Positions 27,633 to 39,599 of a stretch of DNA of 64,000 bases are shown piece after piece; within the stretch, counting starts at the first letter, position 1; every line of letters starts with the position of its first letter. A program made the translations under genes and the position numbers. The stretch is from Mobula hypostoma (taxonomy: Eukaryota), in NCBI RefSeq assembly GCF_963921235.1, contig NC_086108.1, forward strand, positions 32,862,001 through 32,926,000, given 5' to 3'. Under the pieces are notes generated by a model. It made no database searches. It worked only from the letters and a program-made list of their open reading frames with translations, and had not been told where the DNA came from.

Positions 27633-30196
27633 AAAGTTAACTCTATTTAAGTGCAACACTGACCGTCATGACCTTTTCCAATTTCTGAGCCTCTGAATTG
27701 AAAGAGAAATAAAGAATACCAGATGATGATCTTTAAGTATACTGGGTGAGCTGCATAATGACACGTCAGAGAAATTTCAGGAACTTCCCTTGATCCAAAT
27801 TCCAGATTGGGTAATAAAACCATCTCTGAACACATGTAATAAGGAATTAATTGGATCGATTGAGGAAGAACTGATCTTGCTACAAAATGATATTGAGTTG
27901 AAGCAGAGGTGCAAAAAAAAATTCAGACTTTTGGTTGCAGAAAGAAATCTCTGAATCCCTGCACTGTGAAAAAAAGGTCAAGATGTTCTATACTGCCTTT
28001 CCAACATCATATTCAGTGCAGCGCAGTTCCCCTGCAGTCACCCAACTTCTTTCAAAGCAATGAAACAAGAAAGGTTAAAGCAATTCACATTAATAATCCA
28101 GCTACAGGTTTACAAATGCTGCTTTAAAGGCTTGACAAATGCTATGGCTCTCCAGAGGCAATCGAAGAATCTCTCTTCAGTAGACTTGAACATTTTTCAA
28201 AGCTAGAGGAGTTTGCAGACCTGTTGTCAAAACTGCAAGCCGCAAAAAAAAACAAGGGTTACCTACAGTGGAGAAACTACTGAACAATATCCAGAAACAG
28301 TGGATAACTGTTCAGATATAAAATGAAGCATCATGTGAAATGACTATAGTTTTATGCTCTCAACTTCCGGTAACACCTCATTCAAAGAAAGGTCTCCAGC
28401 AGAACCATGGAAAAACAAAATACCAATCACATCTGCAAAATTGAACCCCAAAAGACAATGTCCTGCCCTTAAGAAACCCCGCCCCTTAAGGAAGTGCAGA
28501 GGACTCGGAGAAAAACTGCAGGCGGATCGGAGACAGTTTCTAAAGGAGCACTCAATATATCAAATGTTGTGCTTCAACAGAGCACCAAGCAAACGATTGC
28601 GAAGCTATCATACACTGCACTGAGTATCACAGTGACCAGCACATATCAGCACTTCATTCAGGGCCAGCACTTTGGGCTACCATTTGTGCTGGCACACCTA
28701 TAGCAGAGCAGTGGGGAGCCAACTGATCATCCCTCAGATGTAGCTACATCTTCGTACACAGAGGTACGCGGGAAAGGCTTCCAAGGCAACTCCTACTCTG
28801 GAATATGTCTAGCCAACATCCTGAGCAAAAAATAAAGGCATACGTGATATTAGATGATCAGATTAATGTGTCATTGGCAAAAATCACCATTTGTTGACAT
28901 ATTCAGTATTTAAAGTTTTGTTTCCCCACACACTCTGAAGACGTGTTCTGGAACACGCTGGAAGAGGAGACAGTCGATTTGACATGAGTCAATAGAAGGG
29001 GAGATCTGCTTACCTTTGCTAACCCTCATTGAGTGCAACCATATTCCCAACAACAGGGATGAAATACCAACCAAAAACTGCACGCTGTCATTCATATCTT
29101 AAGGCCATAGCTGACAAGATCTGAGATTCTCCCGTTGCTTGGCGGGGACGCCATCCATGTACAGAAGGTGAATGAACAGTGCGATGGTCAGCACAATGCA
29201 CCTTATGCTCAATGACTGGACCTGGGTTGGGTCATAGCAGGTGAAGTCTTCCCCAACGGTGCTCAGCAGCCCACTGACAGCACTAATATCCCAGAGAAGA
29301 GGTGCCCAAGTAATTTCAGACCCTGAGAGAGTAAACTCTGTATGAAAGAGAAGATTGTAGGTAAACAAAACAGGCGCCCTGACATACTTACCTCTGCTCA
29401 ATCAGATTTAGGCAAGCTGGTCTTCTGTCACTCGGAAGATGATTATAACGTGGCACCTTCCATCGAAGATGATGTCTTCCTTTGAATCATGAACAAAGTC
29501 GTCAAACACTTGGGTAGCTTCCTTTCCTTTCTGCTCTCCACAACTCTTACCAAACAACAAAGAGCAGGCCCCTAGTTGGTCCATGTCCCTCAATTGCATA
29601 TTGAAAAGAAAACCATAAATGAAAGATCGTTACATGGAGTTCATGGAGAGATTCTTCAGGAACAATCATACTGAGCCAGCTCCTCCACCAGATACCAATA
29701 AATTTACCACCCCCAGAAACATGCAGAAATATGAACTATCTTTGATTGAAGTGTGAAGTTCAAAGTCATATCACGAAACAATGTCCTCTTGCAAGGTCTG
29801 GACCTTAATAACAGTCTGCTCAGGGTCCTCATGCACTTCTGAACTGAGTCTGTCGCAATGATGGCTGACTTCAGACAAATATCCCACAGTTTCCTTGTGA
29901 GATAGGATCACTGAGACTACCTCAGACTCTTGTGGTTTCATGACCACCAAATGGACAATAAGATTCTGGAATACAACATGAGAGTTCTTTTATTTGGTAA
30001 CTGTCCCATATCAGCTGTGGCAATCTAGTGAGGAGAGCTAGAGAGGGAGAGAAGGAATTTGGGACTGAAGCACGGAGGTACATAGAAAGGATCTATATAG
30101 GGACGGTCTTAAATCATTTCCTAGTGCAGAAGAAGCAATCCGCGTGCTGAAAGGAGCACAAGACACGTTGGCACAGTGTAATCTCAGACCTCATGA

Positions 30197-30616
30197 TTTT
30201 TACTTACGGTCCATTACACCACTGGTGTCTAGGACAGCAATGAAGGTCCTCCACCTCTGATGGTGTTCAGGACTTCCTCCATCGTGCCAGTAGCTTTCTC
30301 AGGTTTTCACTACCATCAGTCATGCAAATCCTGGGTGGCTCTCCGGAATACCGTCACACTAAAATGTAGAAAGATTCTTCATTGCTGTTTCCATAACAAT
30401 TCTGTTTTACCACTCAAGGTTAATAGCTCTGAGCTAAACTCCTGAACCTGGAGGACCGGTGAACCACTCTTAGTCTGGCCTCTACTCTTTGACCTGTTTA
30501 GCATGTGTGACCCTACCAAGAGCCAAAGCATAAGGCCCTGACTCAAGCCTACGTAGCTCTCCAGGTCACTGAGGCACACAAGCCCCCAAACCACCAGGTT
30601 GTGGTTCTTTTGGAGG
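30197..30616 (-). mobile_element. RTE-related short insertion in BEL pol
   Basis: Flanked by imperfect direct repeats CAGACCTCATGA / CAGATCTCATAA. The BEL frame (NLRLHKIASNS-like) resumes afterwards. Confidence 0.55.
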
Positions 30617-33244
30617 CAGATCTCATAAGATTGCATCCAACAGTGCTGAGGTCATGCAATGTTTCCCATCTGAAGATCTGGCCAAATAATCTTGATATTG
30701 GACAGGACTTCCCTGCTCTGCAGTGCAGTCTGGGCCTTGGATGGGACCTCATTACCAATCCCCTTACTTTCTGGGTTGCTGATACCAAAAGACCTTTTAC
30801 ATGTCGTAGCATGCTATTGAATATCAACAGTCTATTTGACCCTCTTGGATTTGCCCCTCCAGTCAGTATTCACAGACATTTTGTGTTAAAGATTGACCTC
30901 AGACATTTGTGGATGGAAATGGCCCACTTCCTAATGAGAAGCATGAGTTGTGTCCTTCCCTTCTGGATCTTGTAGGCTTTAAAATTCCAAGAACCTACAG
31001 AACAATTTCAGTATTTACAGCCCAAAAGAAAAACAGATCTGCACCTTCAGTGATGCATCAACTAAAGCAATTACTGTTGTTGCATACCTGAAGGTCGAGA
31101 TGCTGCTGGATATAGTGAAGTTGGATTTATCCTGGGTAAGGCAAAGCTTGTTCCCAAACCAGATCTCACCACTCAAACTTGGTGCTTCTGTTCTAGCAGT
31201 TGAGATGGCAGAAATGATAACCAAAGAGGTGGACATAGAACTAGACGATATCAAGTTCTTTACATAAAGCAAGGTCATGTTTAGTTATTTATTTAATGAA
31301 ACAAAGAAATTCTATTTTTATGTACATAATATGATTCAACATATCAGGCAACCAGCTCAGAAGAGCCAATATCCTACTGATTTCAACCCAGCTGATCATG
31401 CCACAAGATGGCTTCAAACTAACCAGTTCACCCTCTCCTCATGGTTAACTGGCCCAGCATTTCTTGCTGATCCCTAACAGGAACAGCGTCAGCAGGAAAC
31501 TTTCGACTTAGATGACCCTGAAGTAATGTCAAAATATGTCCTCAAGTGTCGACCAAAATCACTCAATTATCACTGCTCCAACTTGGGAGTGAACACTTCG
31601 TGTTTTTCAAGCTGTTTTTCGCCTACCAGAGCAATTGCCCGGCTCTCACACATTGCTCATTCCTTTAAAGGAGTAGCCAAACAGCCTCTGTGGTGGTTGG
31701 CACATTTATAAGCAACCTTTCAGCACAAAGCAACTGAATTGGGCAAAAGTTACAATCCTTCTTGTTCAAAGACAGATTTATGCAGAGATGTGCAGTGAAT
31801 CACAAAGCATGTGTCTCTCCCAAAACAAGTCCCCTTAGTAAATTCTGCCCCTTTCTAGACTCTGAGGGGATATAGCAAGTCGGAGAATGGATAAAGGCGG
31901 CATGATTCACTTCATAACTCACTCAATCATTATTCTGGGTAAACTCCTTGCCATCTGTCTACTCATTAGACATTGCCATGTGCAAGTATGTCATCAAGAA
32001 TGGCATTTTCGAAATGAGAACGGTTAAAGACTCTGTAGTAAGACTGTTTTCAAGACCAATCCGACACTATTTTTCTTTTGCCAAAGACATAATGATTATT
32101 TGACTTTCAGTTTCAGTAGTTAAGTTTGACATCCTATGGATGCCAGGTGGGGGGTGTTCCCGCCACTGGAGGCGTAGTTTGTTTTATATGAACATCCCTT
32201 CCTGTACATAAGCTGTTTTCTTAATATCATTTCTTGCGCAGGTTAGTTTTTATTCTATTTGAGGTGCACGGTGGAAGACACACATCACCAGCCACTCCTT
32301 ATCCACCCTTGAAACAGCAATATCTGTGAGTCTTAAGTGTTTGTTAATATTGGTACACAATCAGTAGATATATTTTAAAGGACGTATTATGTCTTAAGTT
32401 TAGAGTTGCGCCACGAGTTTACTCTTGTTCACACTGCATAGTTATGGAGTTTTTCTATGTGTATTAACTTGGTTAACACCGGATGTAAGAATAATCAACA
32501 GTATTAGTATATTCAGGCATGTGATGATTCTATATTGAATTTAACTATGTCTTTTACTTAACTTTCTGCAGTTTCACTTTCTGCCTTGAGTGATTTTTGA
32601 GAAGTTGTTTAACTCACTGTATGGCTCTGTACATACAGTATGTATAGTGAAGGCAGTAGAGATCATGCTGCTAATGGCCTAGGATGAAATAATTTACCCT
32701 CACAGAATCAGCTAGGAGTAGACTGGGTTATGGTCCCATAAATCCTTGAAGGGCAGTGATTATCAGCATGCATTAGCTCTAGAATTAACAACCATTTGAA
32801 ATGACCAAAGGAACTATAACTTTTAATGAAGCATTTCCAGTGCGTGCATATTCAGATATGGATATCTTAATGTTAGGTAAGCATATGCTACAGACAGAAT
32901 TAATTAGTTAAATGGATTTTATTGGATCACTGATTTACCTAGTCTTTTCCAAAATTAATTCCTGGAATGAGGACTTCCATTTCCTAGGCTGACATCTAGG
33001 TTGTCCTTAACTGAGAAAACTTGCTAGGACATTTTAGAGGGCAGCCAATCTGCATACCTGTGAGCGTAGAATTGAAATCACACACAAACTAGAGAAGTTA
33101 AAGATGACAAATTTTCCTCTTTAGTAAACTAGCGGTTGTATTTATGACAAATACATTTTTATTTTCATATTTAAAATAACTGTATATATTAATTTAGCTC
33201 TAGATTTTTAAACAACTATGGTAGCATTTGATCTGGTATCATTT

Positions 33245-33745
33245 CTGACACCTCCATTCCCTTCTGTCACTCAGTCTCCATCTCTGGAGACAAACTGTCA
33301 ACCAACATCTTTTATAAACCTAACTGATTCCATGATCATCTTGACTATACCTCTTTCCACCCTGTCTTCTGTAAAAATGCTATTCTCTTTTCTCATTTCC
33401 TTTGTCTCCATTGCATCTCTTCCCAGGATGCAGCCTTCCTTTCCAGGATATCAGGGATATTTCCTCCTTCAAAGAATGTGGTTTGCCTTCCATCATTCCC
33501 TCACCTACATTTCCTCTATTTCCCAAACGTCAGCGCTCATCCCATCTTTTCACTGCCTTATCAGTGATGGAGTTCCTCTTGTCCTTACCTACCATCCCAT
33601 GAGCCTCCGCATCCAACACATCCTCCGCAACTTCTGCCATCTCTAGTCTTGAAGAAGTCTTGGCCCGAAGTATCAACTGTTTATTCATTTCCATATATGC
33701 TGCCTGAGCTGCTGAGTTCCTCCAGCAGCTTGTGCGTTGCTTTGA
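33245..33745 (+). mobile_element. Penelope-like element fragment: RT C-terminal region joined to a degenerate hammerhead-bearing terminal repeat
   Basis: SVSISGDKLSTNIFYKP/TDS..HLDYTSFHP..CKNAILFS..FL and GVPLVLTYHP are PLE-type motifs. They are followed at 33645 by TAGTCTTGAAGAAGTCTTGGCCCGAAGTATCAACTG. Confidence 0.75.
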
Positions 33746-34204
33746 TCTGGTATGTCAATATTATTCCAGCAATTAAGGCAACACTATTTTCCCTGACTAC
33801 AGCATCTTGCTTTAAACTGAGATTCCCTTTTGTTGAAAATCACACCATAATAATCAAAATCCAGAAAAATTGATGAGAAATATAGAAACAGAGAACATTT
33901 ATTAAAAAAAAGATAATTCTGCACTTTTACCTCCTCTGGTACTTAATACAGTAAGTGTTAGCTACTGCAATTTATGAAGACAAATAACTTTCGCAGTGAA
34001 GAGCATGACCATGGGGACTATTGTAAAACCAAAGGGCCTAGGAGTACAAGTACATGGCTCATGGAAAGCGATATCACAAGTAGACAGACTGGTGGGGAAG
34101 ATGTAGGTATGCTGGCCTTTAGCAGTCAGGGCAATGAGTATAGAAGTTGGGATCTTATGATGCAATTGTCCAAAAGGTCGGTGAAGCTCCATTTGGAATA
34201 TTGT

Positions 34205-34399
34205 AAACACGAGGAAATCTGCAGATGCTGGAAATTCAAGCAACACACACAAAATGCTGGTGGAACGCAGCAGGCCAGGCAGCATCTATAGGAAGAGGTA
34301 CAGTCGACGTTTCGGTCCGAGACTCAAAATGTCGACTGTACCTCTTCCTATAGGTGCTGCCTGGCCTGCTGTGTTCCACCAGCATTTTGTGTGTGGTGC
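34205..34399. mobile_element. Inverted-dimer Penelope-derived element with 12-bp TSD
   Basis: Long palindrome centred at ~34320. TTGGAATATTGT (34193-34204) and TTGGAATACTGT (34400-34411) flank it. Confidence 0.85.
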
Positions 34400-34885
34400 T
34401 TGGAATACTGTGTACAGTTTTGGTCACCCTGCTATAGTCGTCATCATCATCATCATGTGCTGTGTTGTATGATGTGAGCGATCATGGTCCCATGACCATG
34501 ATCGGTCTTGGCAAATATTTCTAATGCAGTAAAAATTCCATTAAGCTTTAAAGAGTGCAAAGGATATTTCCTGAGATGTTACCAGAACTCAAAAGACTGA
34601 GCTACAGAGAGGCTGGGCAAGTTGGGGCTCTTTTCATTGGAGCGTAGGTGAATGAGGTGTGCCCTTTTAGAGTGGCAGAGATAGGGTTAACACACAGTCT
34701 TTTTCCCAATGTTGGGAAATCAAGAGCTAGAAAACAGAGGTTTAAGGTGAAGGGGTAGAAAGTTAATTGAAACTGAGGAACAACTTTTTCAACCCAAGAG
34801 GTGGGCAGTGTACAGAATGAACTGCCAGAGGAAGTGGCTGAGGCAGGTACATAAACAATCTACAAAAGATACTTGGGCAGGTATA

Positions 34886-36503
34886 CAGTGGCATGCAAAA
34901 GTTTGGGCACCCCAGTCAAAATTTCTGTTACTGTGAATAGTTAAGTGAGTAGAAGATGAACTGATCTCCAAAAGTCATAAAGTTAAAGATGAAACATTCT
35001 TTTCAACATTTTAAGCAAGATTAGTGTATCATTTGTTTTGTACAATTTTGGAGTGAAAAAAAAACAAAGGAACACCATGCAAAAGTTTGGCCACCCCAAG
35101 AGATTTGAGCTCTCAGATAACTTTTACCAAGGTCTCAGACCTTAATTAGCTTGTTAGGGCTATAGCTTGTTCACAGTCATTCTTAGGAAAGGCCAGGTGA
35201 TGCAAATTTCAAAGCGTTATAAATACCCTGACTCCTCAAACCTTGTCCCAACAATCAGCAGCCATGGGCTCCTCTAAAACAGCTGCCCAGCACTCCGAAA
35301 ATTAAAATAAATTATGCCCACAAAGCAGGAAAAGGCTATAAGAAGATAGCAAAGCGTTTTCAGGTAGCCATTTCATCAGTTGGTAATGTAATTAAGAAAT
35401 GGCAGTTAATAGAAACGGTGGAGGTCAAGTTGAGGTCTGGAAGACCAAGAAAACTTTCCGAGAGAACTGCTCGTAGGATTGCTAGAAAGGCAAATCAAAG
35501 CCCCCGTTTGACTGCAAAAGACCTTCAGGAAGATTTAGCAGACTCTGGAGTGGTGGTGTACTGTTCTACTGTCCAGCGACACCTGCACAAATATGACCTT
35601 CATGGAAGAGTCATCAGAAGAAAACCTTTCCTGTGTCCTCACCACAAAATTCAGCGTCAGAAGTTCGCAAAGGAACATCTAAACAGGGCCGATGCATTTT
35701 GGAAATAAGTCCCGTGGACTGATGAAGTTAAAATAGAACTTTTTGGCCACAATGAGCAAAGGTATGTTTGGAGAAAAAAAGGTACAGAATTTCATGAAAA
35801 GAACCCCTCTCCAACTGTTAAGCACAGGGGTGGATCGATCATTCTTTGGGCTTGTGTTGCAGCCAGTGGCACGGGGAACATTTACTGGTAGAGGGAAAAA
35901 TGAATTCAATTAAATACCAGCAAATTCTGGAAGCAAACATCACACCATCTATAAAAAAGCTGAAGATGAAAAGAGGATGGTTTCTACAACAGGATAATGA
36001 TCCTAAACACACCTCAAAATCCACAATGGACTACCTCAAGAGGCGCAAGCTGAAGGTTTTGCCATGGCCCTCACAGTCCCCCAACCTAAACATCATCGAA
36101 AATTTGTAGACAGACCTCAAAAGAGCAGTACATGCACGATGGCCCAAGAATCTCACAGAACTAGAAGCCTTTTGCAAGGAAGAATGGGCGAAAATCCCCC
36201 AAACAAGAATTGAAAGACTCTTAGCTGGCTACAGAAAGCGTTTACAAGCTGTGATACTTGCCAAAGGGAATGTTACTAAGTACTGACCATGCAGGGTGCC
36301 CAAACTTTTGCTTCGGGCCCTTTTCCTTTTTTGTTATTTTGAAATTGTAAAAGGTGGAAATAAAAAAGTAATCTTGCTTAAAATATTAAAGAAATGTGTC
36401 ATCTTTAACTTTATGCCTTTTGGAAATCAGGTCATTTACTCGCTTAGCTATTCACAGTAACAGAAATTTTGACCAGGGGTGCCCAAACTTTTGCATGCCA
36501 CTG
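34886..36503 (+). mobile_element. Full-length Tc1-like transposon (1618 bp, IR/DR type); transposase is a pseudogene
   Basis: TA|CAGTGGCATGCAAAAGTTTGGGCACCCC...GGGGTGCCCAAACTTTTGCATGCCACTG|TA, with inner direct repeats. RSGRPRK, WTDE, QQDNDPKH and WPSQSPNLNIIENL are present, with stops at ~35706 and ~36107 plus frameshifts. Confidence 0.95.
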
Positions 36504-38852
36504 TATGAATAAGGAATATTTAGAGGGATATAGGCCAAATATAGGTAAAAGGAGATTAGCTTAGATGGGAGTCTGGCTGGCATGAATTAGTTGGCCTGAA
36601 GGACCTGTTTCCGTGATGTATGACTCTATGACAATATAACAGCTAGAAGCTACTGCTGCAATGTAATTTCTTTTAAAAATCCATCAAGGAAGTTCAGGCC
36701 TTGAATGCATTGAGGACTTTATTAAACCTTATGATATAGGTTCTTACTGAGCTGACTTCTGTATGTGAGCTATTGACTAAGGGTGGAGCCCTTCTCTCCT
36801 TCTCATCAGTCTCTTCATCAACACTCAAGAGTAAGAAGAATTGCCTTAATAATGAAGGCAAGTACATCACTCCTTAGGTCAAGAAACCAAACTTGCTCAA
36901 AAATACTCACAATGATGCTATAATTCTGGTAAAAAAAAATTCTTGCTTCTGCAATCAAAACCTCTTGAAATGATGGCCATCATGTGCCTTCTTAACTCTT
37001 CGCTGATACTACATGTTTACTATTAGTGACCAATGTACAAGGACTACTAAATTTGGAAATATTAATGTACAAAGGGATTGAGTGCTATTTAATGCATTTT
37101 TGTTTTTCTCACCAAAGTAGATTACCTCACGCATATCCATTTCTTTGTGTCTACCATATAGCTGCTCATTCATTCAACTGATCTGAGGGTACAGTCCTTC
37201 CATTTGTTGTTTGTATGGCATGGGCAGAGCTGTATAGATGTATAATGTACTGATCAAATACATGAACAAAGAGATAGGCCTGTCAGACAACAAGTTGATG
37301 ACTGTTGATGATCAATGTGAACCATTTTAGCTTCCTTCTTCATCGAACCCAATTAACTTTTAGACCATAAGATATAGGAGCAGGATTAGGCTATTTGGTC
37401 CATTGAGTCTACACCGCCACCTCATCATGGCCAATCCAATTTTCCTCTCAGCCCCATCTCATTTACATTTCACTTTAACTCGCATCTCATCCTTAAAGCA
37501 GACTTCAACTTTACAAAAATCTCTTGGTAGAATTTCTTCAAAAGCACCTTTTGTATTTATTAGTGACTGATTTACATAATTTTCAGGCCTCCCCCACAAA
37601 CTGTAAGGTTTTCTCTAAATTTATCAAACAGTTTCACAATCCTTAAAGACCTTTTCTCAGATATCTCTCAGTCTTTTCTCCCAGAACAGAAGAGCCCATT
37701 CCATTTAATATTTCTTTATTTGGATTAACCACAGTTCTAGGACGAATCTAGTAAATCATTTAACACCTTCACCAGTGATTCCATTATTAGCTTTACTTTT
37801 GGAGACCAGTACGGGTCACAAAGCTCTAAGTGTGCTCTGACCTAAGTTGTTGTGGTTGCATTTCAATTCTATCCCTCTTGAAATCAATCTAAGTGCATGA
37901 TCATTTTGTCCCGCAATCTATCATTAATTCAGGGCTTTGTGTATGAGGTTCATACTGAAAGCAGCAGTGTGTCCAAATCAAAACTTCAGATTTTGGGAAT
38001 TGCTATGTAAAGCTTAAAGGGTTGAACAAAATTCAACTAAAACTGTCTTGTCAGATTATTTTCCTTACATAGTTGCAAAATAAAATGAAAGGTGCCCCAG
38101 ACAATTTGCTAAGACGTTTAACACTCATACCTTATGAAAGGAGGAACCAGGTTTTAAAAAAAATGCACCAACTAATGCTAAACACTTATAAATCTCTGGT
38201 CAAGCCTCATTCTACCATTAACTTAACATTTTACACTTTGAGAAATGTCAAGGCCTTAGAGCGAGTTCAGAAGAGATTAGAATGAAACCAATTACAAAGA
38301 CAGACCAAAGATTTTTACAGATTTTAACCCAAAAAGACAGGAGGCAAAAAAAAATCACGGATGTGCTGTTTTTGGAATTTCAGGCCTTCATAAAGATGTC
38401 ACAAGATGCTATTGAACAAAAGTAAAGCATTCAGTATTGGGAAATGGATTTAAGACTGAGAAACAAATAGAAAACATTAGAGATGGATCGAACATTTTTG
38501 GGTTTGTATGCTGTGACATGCGGGGAGTTTCAGGGATTGCTGTTCCAACCCAGTTATTCACAATCTATAACAATAGTTCTCAATGTGGACCATATGTGCA
38601 TCCCCCCTGCCCCACCGTCCCAGCAGCCATGTTGGGTTTTGTAGTGGTCATAAGTAAAAAAACAAGAAACTGGGGGCCACAGGAGTCTCCAAATGGCTCA
38701 TGATAAATTTACAGTTTTAATTAAATATTGCTAAAATACATAAATCAAAAAATCAACATATGTAATTAAATTGGAATCCTGAATAAAATGAATGGGAAAA
38801 TATGCTAGATGGTGCAAATGAGGAAGCAAAACAACCTGACTTTTGTGTGCCT

Positions 38853-39398
38853 AGTCTGCCACGCTCCACATCCAACCCCAAATCACAAACCAGCCTGCCA
38901 CGCTCCACATCTAACCCCAAATCACAAACCAGCCTGCCACGCTCCACATCCAACCTCAAATCACAAACCAGCCTGCTACGCTCCACATCCAACCCCAAAT
39001 CACAAACCAGTCTGCCACGCTCCACATCCAACCTCAAATCACAAACCAGCCTGCTACGCTCCACATCCAACCCCAAATCACAAACCAGCCTGCCACGCTC
39101 CACATCTAACCCCAAATCACAAACCAGCCTGCTACGCTCCACATCCAACCCCAAATCACAAACCAGCCTGCCACGCTCCACATCTAACCCCAAATCACAA
39201 ACCAGCCTGCCACGCTCCACATCTAACCCCAAATCACAAACCAGCCTGCCACGCTCCACATCCAACCTCAAATCACAAACCAGCCTGCCACGCTCCACAT
39301 CCAACCCCAAATCACAAATCAGTCTGCCACGCTCCACATCCAACCTCAAATCACAAACCAGCCTGCCACACTCCACATCCAACCCCAAATCACAAACT
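38853..39398. repeat. Minisatellite, 39-bp unit x14
   Basis: Unit AGCCTGCCACGCTCCACATCCAACCCCAAATCACAAACC with few substitutions. Confidence 0.97.
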
Positions 39399-39599
39399 GC
39401 AGATGGCGAGTGGCAGTCTGCAGTGAGGCCAGTCAGTGAGTGCAGCACGAGGCTGGTTCTATTTGCCTTCCATTGACCTGTGCGTGTTATAATACTTACA
39501 GAACACATATAGATCCAGTCATTACTTCTATTACAATTGTTTTACTCTTTTAAATCTAAATTCTGCGTCTAAGAATGATTAATAATACTTCCTTAAAAT

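Larger units (their letters stand above)
25465..28125 (+). mobile_element. hAT (Charlie/Buster-type) transposon remnant nested in BEL
   Basis: Left TIR-like CAATGGTTCCCAAAGT and transposase pieces EFALQLDES and ILACATAGAPSMTGRHSG. The right TIR was not found. Confidence 0.7.
23889..32660 (+). mobile_element. Decayed BEL/Pao LTR retrotransposon (LTRs 23889-24397 and 32155-32660, 5-bp TSD GATCA)
   Basis: Two homologous ~510-bp direct repeats, a G-rich PPT before 32155, and GATCA at 23884-23888 and 32661-32665. Remnant motifs NNVLLQGLDLNNSL, SLFDPLGFAPPV, FSDAS and NPADHATR are typical of BEL/Pao pol. Confidence 0.88.
34085..36632 (+). mobile_element. Old CR1 3' fragment split by Penelope-derived, RTE-tail and Tc1 insertions
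   Basis: GMLAFSSQGNEYRSWDLMMQL..LHLEYC. The sequence resumes after 34400 and 36505 and ends TATGACTCTATGAC. Confidence 0.7.

Noticed and set aside
35264..36286. Active Tc1 transposase gene
   Set aside because: It contains in-frame stops and frameshifts.
38753..39508. 200-250 aa repetitive ORFs on both strands
   Set aside because: An artefact of a stop-poor 39-bp minisatellite. There is no recognisable domain or exon context.
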